Of a DNA stretch of 64,000 nucleotides, positions 40,901 through 52,702 are shown in pieces. The stretch lies in contig OZ037768.1 in the NCBI GenBank assembly GCA_964035545.1, positions 21,919,319 through 21,983,318 of the forward strand, given 5' to 3'. This stretch comes from Bugula neritina. Its lineage: Eukaryota; Animalia; Bryozoa. The translations under genes and the position numbers were made by a program. Numbering within the stretch: the first letter of the stretch is position 1; each line of letters opens with the position of its first letter. Under the pieces are notes generated by a model that was not told where the DNA came from, made no database searches, and was given only the letters and a program-made list of their open reading frames with translations.

Positions 40901-43900
40901 CATTTAGTATTTGTGACGAGTTTGTATCTTTTCTTTATTTCTAGTTTATTCTATTATTTTTTTTTATGAAATAATGTTGTCTATAAAATAAATTTGGCAG
41001 TGTTAGTATACTTTTTGCATCTAGAAAGCTCCCTAAAATCACCACAAGTAGTATCACGAGTTTGGAAAATGGATAAATGCGTTCAATTATATTTGAATTG
41101 TAAAAATATAAAAAGTTATTCTATGAAATTTTTATTTCTGCTCCTTAGGTTTGCTGTTTTCTCATGTTTTAGGTGCCAAACACGTATTACAATCACCTCC
41201 AAGTCCTTGACGCACAAGATGGCGTAGAATGTTTACAAGTTATAGACAACTGCAGGTATCGTTTTCATCTTTTGGTTTTGGTAAATATGAACCTATTAAT
41301 ATGGAATGTTGCTATTAAATAATTCTCTGTTTTGGAAGCTGAAGTTTGTGCGAAGCTGTTGAATTGTAAATTAAAGCATATTATACGGATAAGTTGAAAC
41401 TGGGGCAGCTGTGAGGGATACATCACTTTATGCTGTGTAATTTTCATTCTTCAATTTAATCAAATATGGAGATGGAAATATATAAGTTACTAAATGGTAT
41501 ATTAATTAGCTGTGTTTGTAGTTGTTAATGTAATTGTAAATATTGAAATGATTTGGAAATTAATGATCGTTTAAATGAAACAAACAAATTACCTCATAAT
41601 TTATTGTGTTGTATTTTTGTAGTGTTGATAAAAAAACTTGTATTCATTGAAAAAAAGCAATTATATACTTGTGTAATATGAGATATATGTTGTGTTGGTA
41701 TATCTGACAGGGTTGCCATAGGATTGTCTACTGGGAGAATTATCATATGGGATATGGTTGTAAGTATTCTATCATAGTTTGCTTTGTTGTCACTTTGATG
41801 CCTTTTGATAGGCCGTTTTATAAGAATAATCACAGAAAAATTAAGTTCAGTCAGTGAGCTGTGTTTTTTAACATATACTTGAATTCAGCCTTAGACATTA
41901 TAATTTTAAATTCATTCTACATTTAAGACTCTTATGGTACATAGAAGTCAAATTAAGTTTATGGATCAATATATTGTTTTGCTATTTGATTCCTTTAAAA
42001 TTTTAAAGCATAATACTTCCATATAATTTGCATTAATTGGTTGTTGGTTGATTGAAATCATATTAAAGTTTTCAAGTGTTGACCTCCTCTATGGCGTAGC
42101 TACAGTTTACAGCATGTGTTTGTAGTTGGGGAAGGTGCTACTCCGTCTCCATAACCACCAGGGACCAGTAAAGTTCCTCAAGCTAATCACTTGTGACATC
42201 ACAGGTACTCTGCTGCTCAGTGCCGGCAAAGATGATCTCATAAATATATCCTTTATACTGTAACCCAGGTTCTTGACTATTCACTGTAACCCAGGTCCTT
42301 AACTATTCATTATAACCTAGGTTCTTAGCTATTCACTATAACCTAGGTTCTTGACTATTCACTATAAGCCAGATTCATAACTATTCACTGTAACCCAGGT
42401 TCTTAACTATTCACTATAACCCAAGTTCTTAGCTATTTACTATAACCTAGATTCTCAAATTATCTGAAGATAGTTGGTAATGAATAATGAAAAAGTTGTG
42501 CCAACAGTAATGTGATTGAATAAGAAAAACAGTAATGAAAATTACTCATTTAAATGTTATTAATTTAAATGAATTCAATTTTTTGTGAAGCTGTGTTAGA
42601 TAATCAGTAGTTGTCTCCCCATTTTACTCCACTATAGTCTGAGGAGTTTCCCTATAGCCTGAGGAGTTTCATAGCATTGGAGTCTCTCCTCCCCTCCCTC
42701 AATGTATACTCTATACTACTGCAAATACTTTAGTAAAAATAGTACTAACACAGAATTTTGGTGTAGGATGTACAGGTAGCAGGTAGCTAGGTGGGCTGCA
42801 TTTGGTATGGAGTTATGAAACATATTTAGGCTAGTCTATGAATATCGTGTAGTGCTATTTTTCTTAATTGAATGTTCCTACATCTGGGATCTAAACCTAA
42901 CAGAACCGCTGAAGAGTTTTGTGCTGAAAGAAAACTTCAAGATAAAGTATGTCATATAAATTTACTCTTTAAAGTAATGTAATGCTGACGTTCGTTAGGA
43001 AAACATGTTGGCACAATGTTATAGTTGGTAGTTTAATTTATATTTAGATATCATTGGCTGTTTGAAATCATAATATTTAAGCTTGAGTAATCCGTAATTT
43101 ACCTGGCAAAAGCTCTTCAAACCTAAATCATAAAGCAGTGGGAGATGAATATAGCTCAACTTTTCTCTACAGCACCTGTACTACTGTGTTTGTAGACTAG
43201 CAAGGCAGATAAAGAAGGGAGCATTTTTCAACCAGATAACATTGCTGTGTGCCAACACTCTAATCTCCACTGTAGAAATTAACACTCAACAACTCGGCCA
43301 TCTTCCAGTTATCAAAAACATAGTCAAAAGTGTGAACTACAGTAAGTTAACTAATATTCGTGTTTTCCTGCTGAGTGGCATGTTTCTTTATTTCATTGTA
43401 AGGATAAAACCCTGCAACGAAGATACTGCTTAGGCATTCATGGAGTTACTTGGGGACTCTACATCATCAGTTTAGTTACTGGGGAGTGAACGCTTTTGTT
43501 AGGTAGTTTCTGTGCTCAATATTTTAGCTCATTTAATGTGTAACACTGGTTTAGAGAAATTCATCTTCGTGAGAGATTTTCTTCCCTTGCGTTTTGCTGC
43601 AAGTAAATTTTTTTCACTTTAGCCATATGAAATACATGTGATTGAATATTGTGCCATTCTGTATGTAATATGCATTGCAAGGAGATATGCTTTCATGTTG
43701 CAGTTGTTTTTTTCCTGCAAGATATTTAAGAAAGTGTCATTTGCAAGTAACTAGTTGAAAAGACAGTAGCTCCAATATGCCAAGTTTATAATAGTCAAGA
43801 TGAGACAACTCACAGTTGCCTTTGTAATGCAGTCATTCTAATATCTCCTGTAAAATCAGTGCTTCTTTACTCAAATATGGCTTTTCAATGTGGATTCCAA

Positions 43901-46900
43901 TTCATGCTATGAAGCATCCGTGATATTTTTTAGTTTTAATCTATTTCTTTATAATAATTTTCATATCAGTTTTCTGATATTTTATTGGTATGCTTATGAT
44001 AATATTGATAAATTCATGCTAATATAGTTATACTGTCCCATTACTATATTGTATTGTAGGTGAGGTAGTGGATGTGTTAGAAACTGATGATCTCATCATT
44101 TGTGTTGCTGCTAATTCCATAGGTGAGTTTTTTTACACATTGGAGTTTGATTGGCTGCAAAAGCAGCAAAGCAGTGTATTTATTGTAGTGGAAATAAAAC
44201 CTCAAGATGTGAGATGTATACTTTACAGAGTATTTATTTCAATATAATATATAGGTGTTATATAGTGCAATAATAATATTATGCTGTAAATAGCATGATA
44301 AGGTTTGTATGATATTTGAAGATAGTTATATAAAGTCTATGTGATAGCCCACAGTTATATAATAAAAAGTACACTAGCATAATTAGGCTGTCACTCAATA
44401 TATTAATGTCTAAAATATATTATGTAGTAATTCATTATATATTTATATAATAATTAAATAACATGTTAGTTAGTAGATATTTTCCCACATTCACAAAACT
44501 CATGTGTCCATGCAAAGTCAAACAGAGCCTTAATATTATCTGGCATTGGTGACATCACTTCCTTTTCCTCAGCCACCATTGGCTCTGCTTCTACCTTCTC
44601 CATTTCCACAACTTTCTCACATTCTATTTCTTCACAAACAGTAAAGCCTCCTTCATGTTTGTATTCTGAAGGGAATCTATGGGTCCAGTTAGACTCGAAT
44701 AGCTCAGTGAAATATTGTCTAGCCTGTGCTCTATCTTCAACATACTTTCTGTTGTTAGCACACAAGTCTTCCCAGACTGGACTCTCTGCTTCGTCTAGAA
44801 ATAAGAGAGAACATAACTCTTAGTCATTATAACACTTGATTCAAGTTATTCTTATTATATTATATCTAAAATAGTACAGACATTCTAGTAGACTACAGTT
44901 TAAGAAATTCTCTTACACACACCCTTTTTTATGTAATGTTTTCATAGCACTACATTTCAATAACATTTGTATTTGTCAAATTTGTATCATACCTTTAACA
45001 AAAGCATATTCTACATCGTCCTCTTCAATTATCTCTGGGATGTTCAATTCAACTTGTTTGAAAGGTTGTTTCTCAAACACTTTTCTTGTGGTCTGAACTT
45101 TCTCTTTGAACCTTTCTCTCTCTTCAACTTCATAAACATGTCTAAAATATCATAAAATTTGTTATAACTTATAAACATCAGTCTTGCTTAGTTGATGTTT
45201 CATGAAAAAGACGTTAACGAGTATTAGTTTGAAAATTTTATTCTTTAGTTCTAAGTTAAAACATCAATCTAATTTTGAACTTAAATATGTTCAGCTTGTA
45301 AGTTGGTTGACACCATTTGGCTCTAGTAACAGTACACGCTGTACTGTTGAGGGTTTCATTTGCTGCGTTGTCACGTCGTTGCGTCAAGCATTAAGCGTGA
45401 CGCAAAGTAGCTGATAGTGAATTCAATTTCGTATTCAAGAATATTTCAAAATTTAGTTACTACTACAGGGCATGTTTAACAGGCTCTGAAAGTTTTTGTG
45501 TTGGATTTATGGTTGATAATAAATATACAGTTTATATATTTCATCCTAAACATTAGCTTGCATTTAGTTTCGGCAGCATGTATTGTGAATAAGCTTAGTA
45601 TAAGTTCTTACCTCAAAGCTAGCAATATAGGAGACAGCAGGAGAGCAACTAGACCCAAGTCTAAAAGGATGCCAAAGAAGGCAAACAGAATGAGTTCTAT
45701 GAATATTCCAATCATATTGAGTAGATTTTCACTGTATTCCTAGGAGAGCAAACAAAGATGCAGCTTGTCAGCAGAATCTCAAGTTTTGTAATTAATTTGA
45801 CTGTTGACGCGACGTAGTAAATTTTCTGATTGTTGTGGCATGATGTATTTTTATATAGTATTAAAATAACACTTATATAGTACTATATAAACATGGATGT
45901 AAGTCACATTTCAAGTAAACTTAACATTTGCAGTAGCAGTTTCTCAAGTTGAAACATGTACACAAATTCATATAACTATACGCTTGCCTTCGCTATTGTA
46001 TGACAACTAAAAAAATTCTAGCCCCAAAATCAAACACAGGCCCACTTTCTGTACCAATAGAACTTAATGTATTACTTCCATTGTACTGCATCACTAAATG
46101 ATAAGTGAAATTGCACGTTTGTTTTCTAGAGTTTTCTAAAAAAAATTGTTCTGAATAAACTTCTTGTTTCCTCAGATATGTTCTCCAAAGAGTGGAAGGA
46201 GAAAATCGGATTGACCATGAAGTCAGCAGACAAGCTGTTGCTCTTTAATTCTGATTCTCTGTATAGTTGTGCTCTCTTGATCTCAGGTGAGTTGTGTTCT
46301 CTTGGTCCCAGGTAAGTTGTGCTCTCTTGATCTCAGGTGAGTTGTGTTCTCTTGATCTCAGGTGAGTTGTGCTCTTTTGGTATCAGGTGAGTTGTGGGTT
46401 TAAATTGTGGAAAACCAAATAAATGTGAGCTTGTTTACGAAATCATTTAGATTTAGTTCCAATTTTATAGTTAATGCTTTAATGGGTTCCTGGGTTATCC
46501 CCCCTGTTGGCTGGCTAAAATAAACAGAATACATTGTCTTTACTTTTTTTAATATGATACCTATATTTAGAAAACGTTAATTCAGTCTTTAGAGGATACA
46601 TTTGTAGAAACAAAAATATATAATTTGTTTTTAGTATTTTATTTTAATAAAGTCTGTTGTGGGAATTTAGATAACTCGTTTGCTGTTGGCACTTCAACCG
46701 GTAAAATATACATCTACTCGGCGAAGGTTGGGTTTAGTCAGAAGACGCCATTACAGGAAGTGCAGCCATTCAGCTCACCAGTGAAGCAGATGAGACTTGC
46801 TCGGCAGGTTTGTCAACAGATTTCAAATTTATGTTGTGAGTTTATCGTGTAAACAAAAATATTTTTATCTCTCAAGTTAGTTTTATTTATATATATATAT

Positions 46901-48533
46901 ATATATATTATTTTTTATAATATAACATTTTAATGTAATAGTTTGTTTTGAAATATTGTTTTATTTTGAACACATGTTTAAACAGACACAGTTGCATGAT
47001 AATAATAAATTCTAAAAGAAATGATGAACATATTAAAGGCTAAAGTTTCTTTATAGCTTAAACTTGAATAGAAAGACATCTTATGTCAAATTACCATATT
47101 GCACTATTATATTACATTTTTTACCAAGTTTTGTGTTGGATTAAATGTTGTACTGTGTTACATAATTGCAAAATAACATAATATTTGCATAAAACAGCAT
47201 CTCATATTATATTTTTTCCACTTTATGTGTATATTTAAAGTAGCATCTACATTGTAGGTGTGGATAGTGGCAATGTGTGAAGACGGTGTGACGTTTATTC
47301 ACACCAAGAATGGTACTTGCTCTTACCAGCAGCTGTTTTCAACATCTCTACGTTCTATCACTCTATCTTCTAACCACAGGTGACGTTTTATTCAGTGTAT
47401 CTTTATAGGTAGTCTGATAACATGCGTTAGCTTAGGTTCTAGCCAGCTTGTGGGTTACGTTCTCTGCCTCACAACCTTTAGTGTTTTTATTCTCCAGCAC
47501 TTTGCTAACACTGTGCATGGACGGCACTTCTCTTGAGGCGTGGAACATGAACGACTGTGTGCTGAATAAAAAGTTCTTTGCTAGAGAACTGACTTATGAA
47601 GGATATTTAGGAGTCCACGAGGATAAAGTAAGGGTGGGTATTTACCCCTTGTGACATCACTAATAATAACCCCTAATTGTGTTGGTGGGGATAGGAGGTG
47701 CAATGGCATAAAAAATTGATGCTCATCTCACTATATACTCACTTTCTAGTGTCTCCACTGTACTATATACTCACTTTCTAGTGTCTCCACTGTACTATAT
47801 GCTCACCTTTCTAGTGTCTCCACTGTACAATATGCTCACCTTTCTAGTGTCTCCACTGTACTATATGCTCACCTTTCTAGTGTCTCCACTGTACTATATG
47901 CTCACCTTTCTAGTGTCTCCACTGTACAATATGCTCACCTTTCTAGTGTCTCCACTGTACTATATGCTCACCTTTCTAGTGTCTCCACTGTACTATATGC
48001 TCACCTTTCTAGTGTCTCCACTGTACTATATGCTCACCTTTCTAGTGTCTCCACTGTGCGATATGCTCACTTTCTAGTGTCTCCACTGTACTATATGCTC
48101 ACCTTTCTAGTGTCTCCACTGTACTATACTTATTGCTAGATAATGCTAGATGTTACATCTGATTGCAGGGTGTAGAGGTTATATCAGATGGTATAGTCAC
48201 CTTTGGCTCAGACTCACTAGTTATAGTATGGAAGGTAAGTTCTCAGTCTACTGAACTCCTGCAGTGCAAGACACTGTTTTATATAGCCAATAGAGTACCA
48301 TAGAAGAGGCTTTGTAAATGGCTGAGGGAATAGGCTAAGAATCTTGCAATTAGATATGCTTTTATAAGAATTAAAATTATTCTAATTTTATATCTGTTTG
48401 GGGTTGCCTGTATATGTGTGTTTACTCTTATGTAGTAATATCAACACATTTAATTGTGTAGAACAAACACCAGGAACTGTTGAAGATGATAGCTTCAGTT
48501 AGAGCAGGCAACTCACATCAAGAGTGTTGCTAA
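37934..48533 (+). CDS. WDR41: WD-repeat protein, WDR41-like, ~14 exons
   Basis: Exons give PNTYYNHLQVLDAQDGVECLQVIDNCR-VAIGLSTGRIIIWDMV-LGKVLLRLHNHQGPV...LLLSAGKDDLIN-IWD..., which resembles the WDR41 N-terminal repeats as I recall them; later exons LEAWN, VTFGSDSLVIVWK; ends ...HQECC*. Confidence 0.7.
38361..38748. mobile_element. Possible degenerate MITE in WDR41 intron 1
   Basis: Imperfect ~26-bp terminal inverted repeats agctggggcctcatggatcggatttc / gaaattctgctccatgtggcccaacct. Confidence 0.4.
39031..40831. repeat. 26-bp minisatellite (gctagtatatatctactgtatacgca), ~69 copies
   Basis: Near-perfect tandem array starting ~35 nt after a WDR41 donor site. Confidence 0.99.
42246..42881 (+). 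other. U12-type (minor spliceosome) AT-AC intron in WDR41
   Basis: 5' ATATCCTTT, branch site TTCTTAAT (42861-42868), 3' AC (42880-42881); removal joins DDLIN to IWDLN in frame. Confidence 0.9.
42261..42455. repeat. 26-bp minisatellite (taacccaggttcttaactattcactg-like), ~7.5 copies, inside the U12 intron
   Basis: Tandem degenerate copies. Confidence 0.9.
44466..45139 (-). CDS. Nested antisense orphan gene, Glu-rich protein of unknown function
   Basis: Two phase-compatible exons (44993-45139, 44466-44795) with a GT-AG intron, inside the WDR41 intron 44123-46175; possible upstream hydrophobic exon 45612-45739. Confidence 0.55.
46265..46396 (+). repeat. 25-bp minisatellite, ~5.3 copies, built from a WDR41 exon/intron donor junction
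   Basis: Unit agttgtgctctcttgatctcag|gtg; the first copy overlaps the exon end. Confidence 0.92.
47730..48130. repeat. 33-bp minisatellite (gtgtctccactgtactatatgctcacctttcta), ~12 copies, in a WDR41 intron
   Basis: Tandem copies; they produce the spurious VSPLYYMLTFL ORF. Confidence 0.95.
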
Positions 48534-49645
48534 CTCATCATACGGAACTCTTAACTGTATTATCTGATAGAATAAATGGATTAAATGGAGGCAGTGCAGA
48601 TTACTGGAGACTTGTGTGGGTTTTCAATTGGATGAATGATTATCCTGTCGTGTATTGTGTTATGTTGAGACAAACTCACTAGTTTATTATCTGGTGATTT
48701 ATTGGACACATTGGAAAATGTGTCATCTGTAAAGTTAACAGGGTTTGTGAGTCACATATAGCTTTTGACTCATTGAAAGTGATTCACACCAACTTGTGTT
48801 GTTTATATGATTATATTTGTGCTACATAGTTAAATTATTTTTAGTTTATATATTTTATTTTATTTTAATTTACATTGAAGTATTAATTAATAGTTTGATA
48901 TTTCAATTCTTTTAAGTTTCCATCTATTTGGAAGATTATATTTTATTTTAACTCTGTATTTCTGGTATTATATTTTTCTACTTAATTTTTTTGTAATTAA
49001 CACACAGTTGTGTAAGTTTTTAAACTTTGTTTTCAAGTTAATGCAAGATATTTTTTACAAGTATATATATCTTTTAATTATTATAAGTTATCTCTGTTAT
49101 AATTGGTCACTTATATATACACATATTTCTTAAAATATACACTGTGTTCTTCCCAAACTTTTTTGTTTATTAGAGAAAAAATTCGGCTAGTAAATCACAG
49201 CTACAAGCAATCAATTTGACTAGTTGATGCACTATTCTTGGTCAATAAACTGGAAAATATGATATGCAAGATTAATATCATCAAGTACTTGGAACAATAC
49301 CTGTAATTGACTATGGAGTTGTTTTAACCTAACTAGATATACTTAGAAATAGTTAGCGAAATTTTAGCTGTTGGTTAGAACTGTAACTAAGCTCTGCTTT
49401 TCCAATTACTATTTTGCAACATTTTTTCTAAATTTTCTTTCTATTGAATTATTCTGTGAGTACTGACCAATAGGGTACAATTTAACTAATTGTGTATTTC
49501 TGCGGAGCTTGTTTGTTTATAACCCGCTGTTTCAAATTGACTCTGCACTCTCGAGATGATAATCACAATGATCTACTCGTTAATAGTAACATGAAGCTAT
49601 TCATATTAATTCTATGTTAATGCATCAATTATAGGCAGTACAATT

Positions 49646-52050
49646 ATGGCCAACATTCACTCAATAAGCTGGAGTCAAATTTTTGAAGTAACATCATGCT
49701 TGTGTGATGTTGTCGCACGAGGATTTGGGCCAAGCTTTCAGCATTCCGTTATTGCTTCGGGAACTGGAAAAGTATTGATTACAAACTATGGAATAGAGAT
49801 ATTGAAGTCTACTACTGCTAATGCTATGCATCCAGTTACTCGAACAGTTTTATCAGCATTAGAGAATCACGTTAAAATATTCGGAGATGACAGTAAATCA
49901 TTTGTAGTTCTTCTAAACGAGCTATGTTTTCATTCTTCACGAATTTTTACAGCGAACTTCAATAGAAACAAACTTTCAAGTGAAATTCAGTTTTTACGAA
50001 ATACTCTTCTTCCTTTAATGTATTCTTCTATGGATAGATACTCTTTAGAGTCGAAAGTTCCATCGGATAGGCATACTCTTAGAAAGCTTATATTGGGAAC
50101 AGTTGGCAGTCACTTATCAGAGTATGATGCCATTCATGTTTCTGAAATATTTGCCGATTTTCTAGAAAGGAATTTTATGTCAATTTCTTCGGATGAAAAT
50201 CTCTGCACATTCTTATCAATTGTTTATAAATATTGCCACCAGCTAATTGTAAAAAATATCGGGAGATCTCTGCTGTCATCATATGTCCTTCCAGGTTTTT
50301 TAGTTAGTCGCGAATTCTACATTTATAATTCAGAAATTTTGACTGCTAATAATAATTCCATTAAATTTATTATGTTGTCTTGTACAATTGACTCAATTAG
50401 TGAAAATTATGATAATGTCGAATTTGAAATTCCCAATGTCAAATCTGATAGTTTGCAAAGTGTCATTGAAAGCAAGTCAAAACAAACTATAGGTTTCTTT
50501 AAAAAGCTACAGTATTTAGATGTTTCACTAATCATATCTACATTAAAATTTTCTGATCTTGAAAAGTCTGTGTGCTCGAAATTTGGGATATCTGTGATAC
50601 ACACTGTTCCAGAAGAAGAAGCACACTTTCTGTCATTTGCACTCTCATTAGATATATTGACTCATACATCAGATGACATTTGTTTTGGTCTGTTGGAAAA
50701 ATGTGAGCAAGTTACATTTGGGTCACAGAGTTATGTTCTCTTAGTTCCAAGAGTTTCCAAGTTTCATTCAACCTTCATATTGGGTGGTGTAACTGAAGGA
50801 ATTTGTCAGCAGGTCTCAAACCTTCTTGTCAATTGTCTCAAAGTGATACAAAGTGCCCTATCACCTGGAGTCTCTGCTTCAAACTTGTAAGTGAAATGTA
50901 TTAGGCTGAGATTGTGCCCTCGGTTATGTGTGCATGATTGTTAGAATTTTTTAGCATTTAGCAGATGAATATTATAATGTAATTTAATACAATTACTTTC
51001 TCCAAAATATATAAATTCACTCTTAAGGTGTAAATATTGTTTTCTTGTTGCTTGTAAACCTTACACTTTACCTACTAACCAGTAATATATCAAGTTGTAG
51101 TCTAATGTCAGAATTAAAAACAAATGCTGTTTTTGTGTTACACGGCACTTGATATGTTGCTATTATTTTATTTATTTAAATTGCTATCAACAATTGCTGA
51201 TTGCTAATCACAGATGTTTTATCTTGTGTCATTTTTAGATCAAATTCGGCATCGAAAAGTCTCAAGTCCCAAGGCACTAGTAAAGATTACCGTCGTCTGT
51301 TTAGTAGAAAAACTGATACGTCTGCATTAGCTTCATCTGCACCTAAGAGTCTGCAACTCAATGGAGCTGGTGTGTTTCATTTTATAAACAGCAGATAAAT
51401 ATTTTGTAACACAGTATGTGCTGTAACAATTTCCTCTTATTCCGTATTGGAACTTCGAAGTTGACACCAGTTATTTGGCTTACAAAATTTTACGCTGATC
51501 TCTAGTGTGAGCATTTGGTATACATTAATAACATCAGCGTTGCTTTATTTTTGCATTAGATATGTGATTTGAGTCTTGTAAAAGTTGCTAGGAAAATCAA
51601 TAAGTATTTAAGTGCTCGAAAATCATGATTTAGCATGCCAAAAGTTTGTGAATGTTGTATTTTACAGTGTATCACAACTCCGAATGTCTCCGTGTAATAC
51701 CAGTGGGAGGAGCTTTTGAACTCGCACTTCATCATGTGATCAGTGACTATATGAAGAGCCAACCACCTGGGTTTGAAGGCTCTACAGCTTTGAATATACT
51801 TAGAGACTCTATTCTTTGCGTTCCTCGACTAATTCACTCCAACGCCTATTCAATGGCCAAACCTCGTTGGCTCCAGAGTTTCGCATCAGCAGAGAGTTCT
51901 ATAAAGATGGCTGACATTGTGGGTATTGACTCAGTGACTGGTGAACCCACAAAGTTAGACACACTGCATTCTTTTCCTAGTAAGTGTCAGTTAGTTGTAA
52001 ATGTGTTGACTCTCTTTCAGCAACTCCTCAAAGTTGATCATGTGTTGTGA
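49646..52050 (+). CDS. BBS10: Chaperonin-like Bardet-Biedl syndrome 10 protein, ~3 exons
   Basis: GFGP...TGKVLITNYGIEIL...HPVTRTV...HVKIFGDDSKSFVVLL equatorial domain; VLPGFLVSREF; C-terminal VIPVGGAFELALHH and KCQLVVNVL...LLKVD. Confidence 0.8.
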
Positions 52051-52702
52051 AAAATCTGAATTCTTATTTAAATTAACTTATCACACATAACATGGGAATT
52101 TCTTATGTCCTATATTCATAGACTTTAATGCACAGTATTTTTTATAGTTGTATTCTTGCAATGTTATATTTTTTCTTATATTGCCTAAATTAGTCTGTGA
52201 TGATATGACTCTAAGTTCCTTCATTTTAGAAATGTACAAGAAATTTTAATAAACACTTTGCTTTTTGCCAACTGGTTTTATTACAGTTACAATCAGCAGA
52301 TAGAAAACTCAAATTGATAATTTCATCATTCTAGTCTTTACTCTGTAGTCATCAGAAAGTAATAACAAGGTGTAAGTAATGCTAAAATATTTATTTTCAT
52401 TTATACTTAATTACAAAAATCTTTTGTATTATAAATACATGCATGGCCTCATTTACTAGTAATATGTAAAACAAATCATTTTTACAAGCCTGCACAAATA
52501 TATGCTCAATGCCATAATTTTACAAAATATTTCAAAAAATGATTACGATTTGGAGTCATCTGTTCATGTCAACACTAAACCAATTGTATGCTCCAAACCA
52601 CATAAAAACTACAAACAATGTATAATTTTAAAATGTGTATCTTGTTTTCTACACATACCACAGCATCTAATAAACTTCCTAATATCCTCTAGACGTGCGA
52701 CT

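Noticed and set aside
47781-48077. ORF with VSPLYYMLTFL repeats
   Set aside because: Product of the 33-bp intronic minisatellite.
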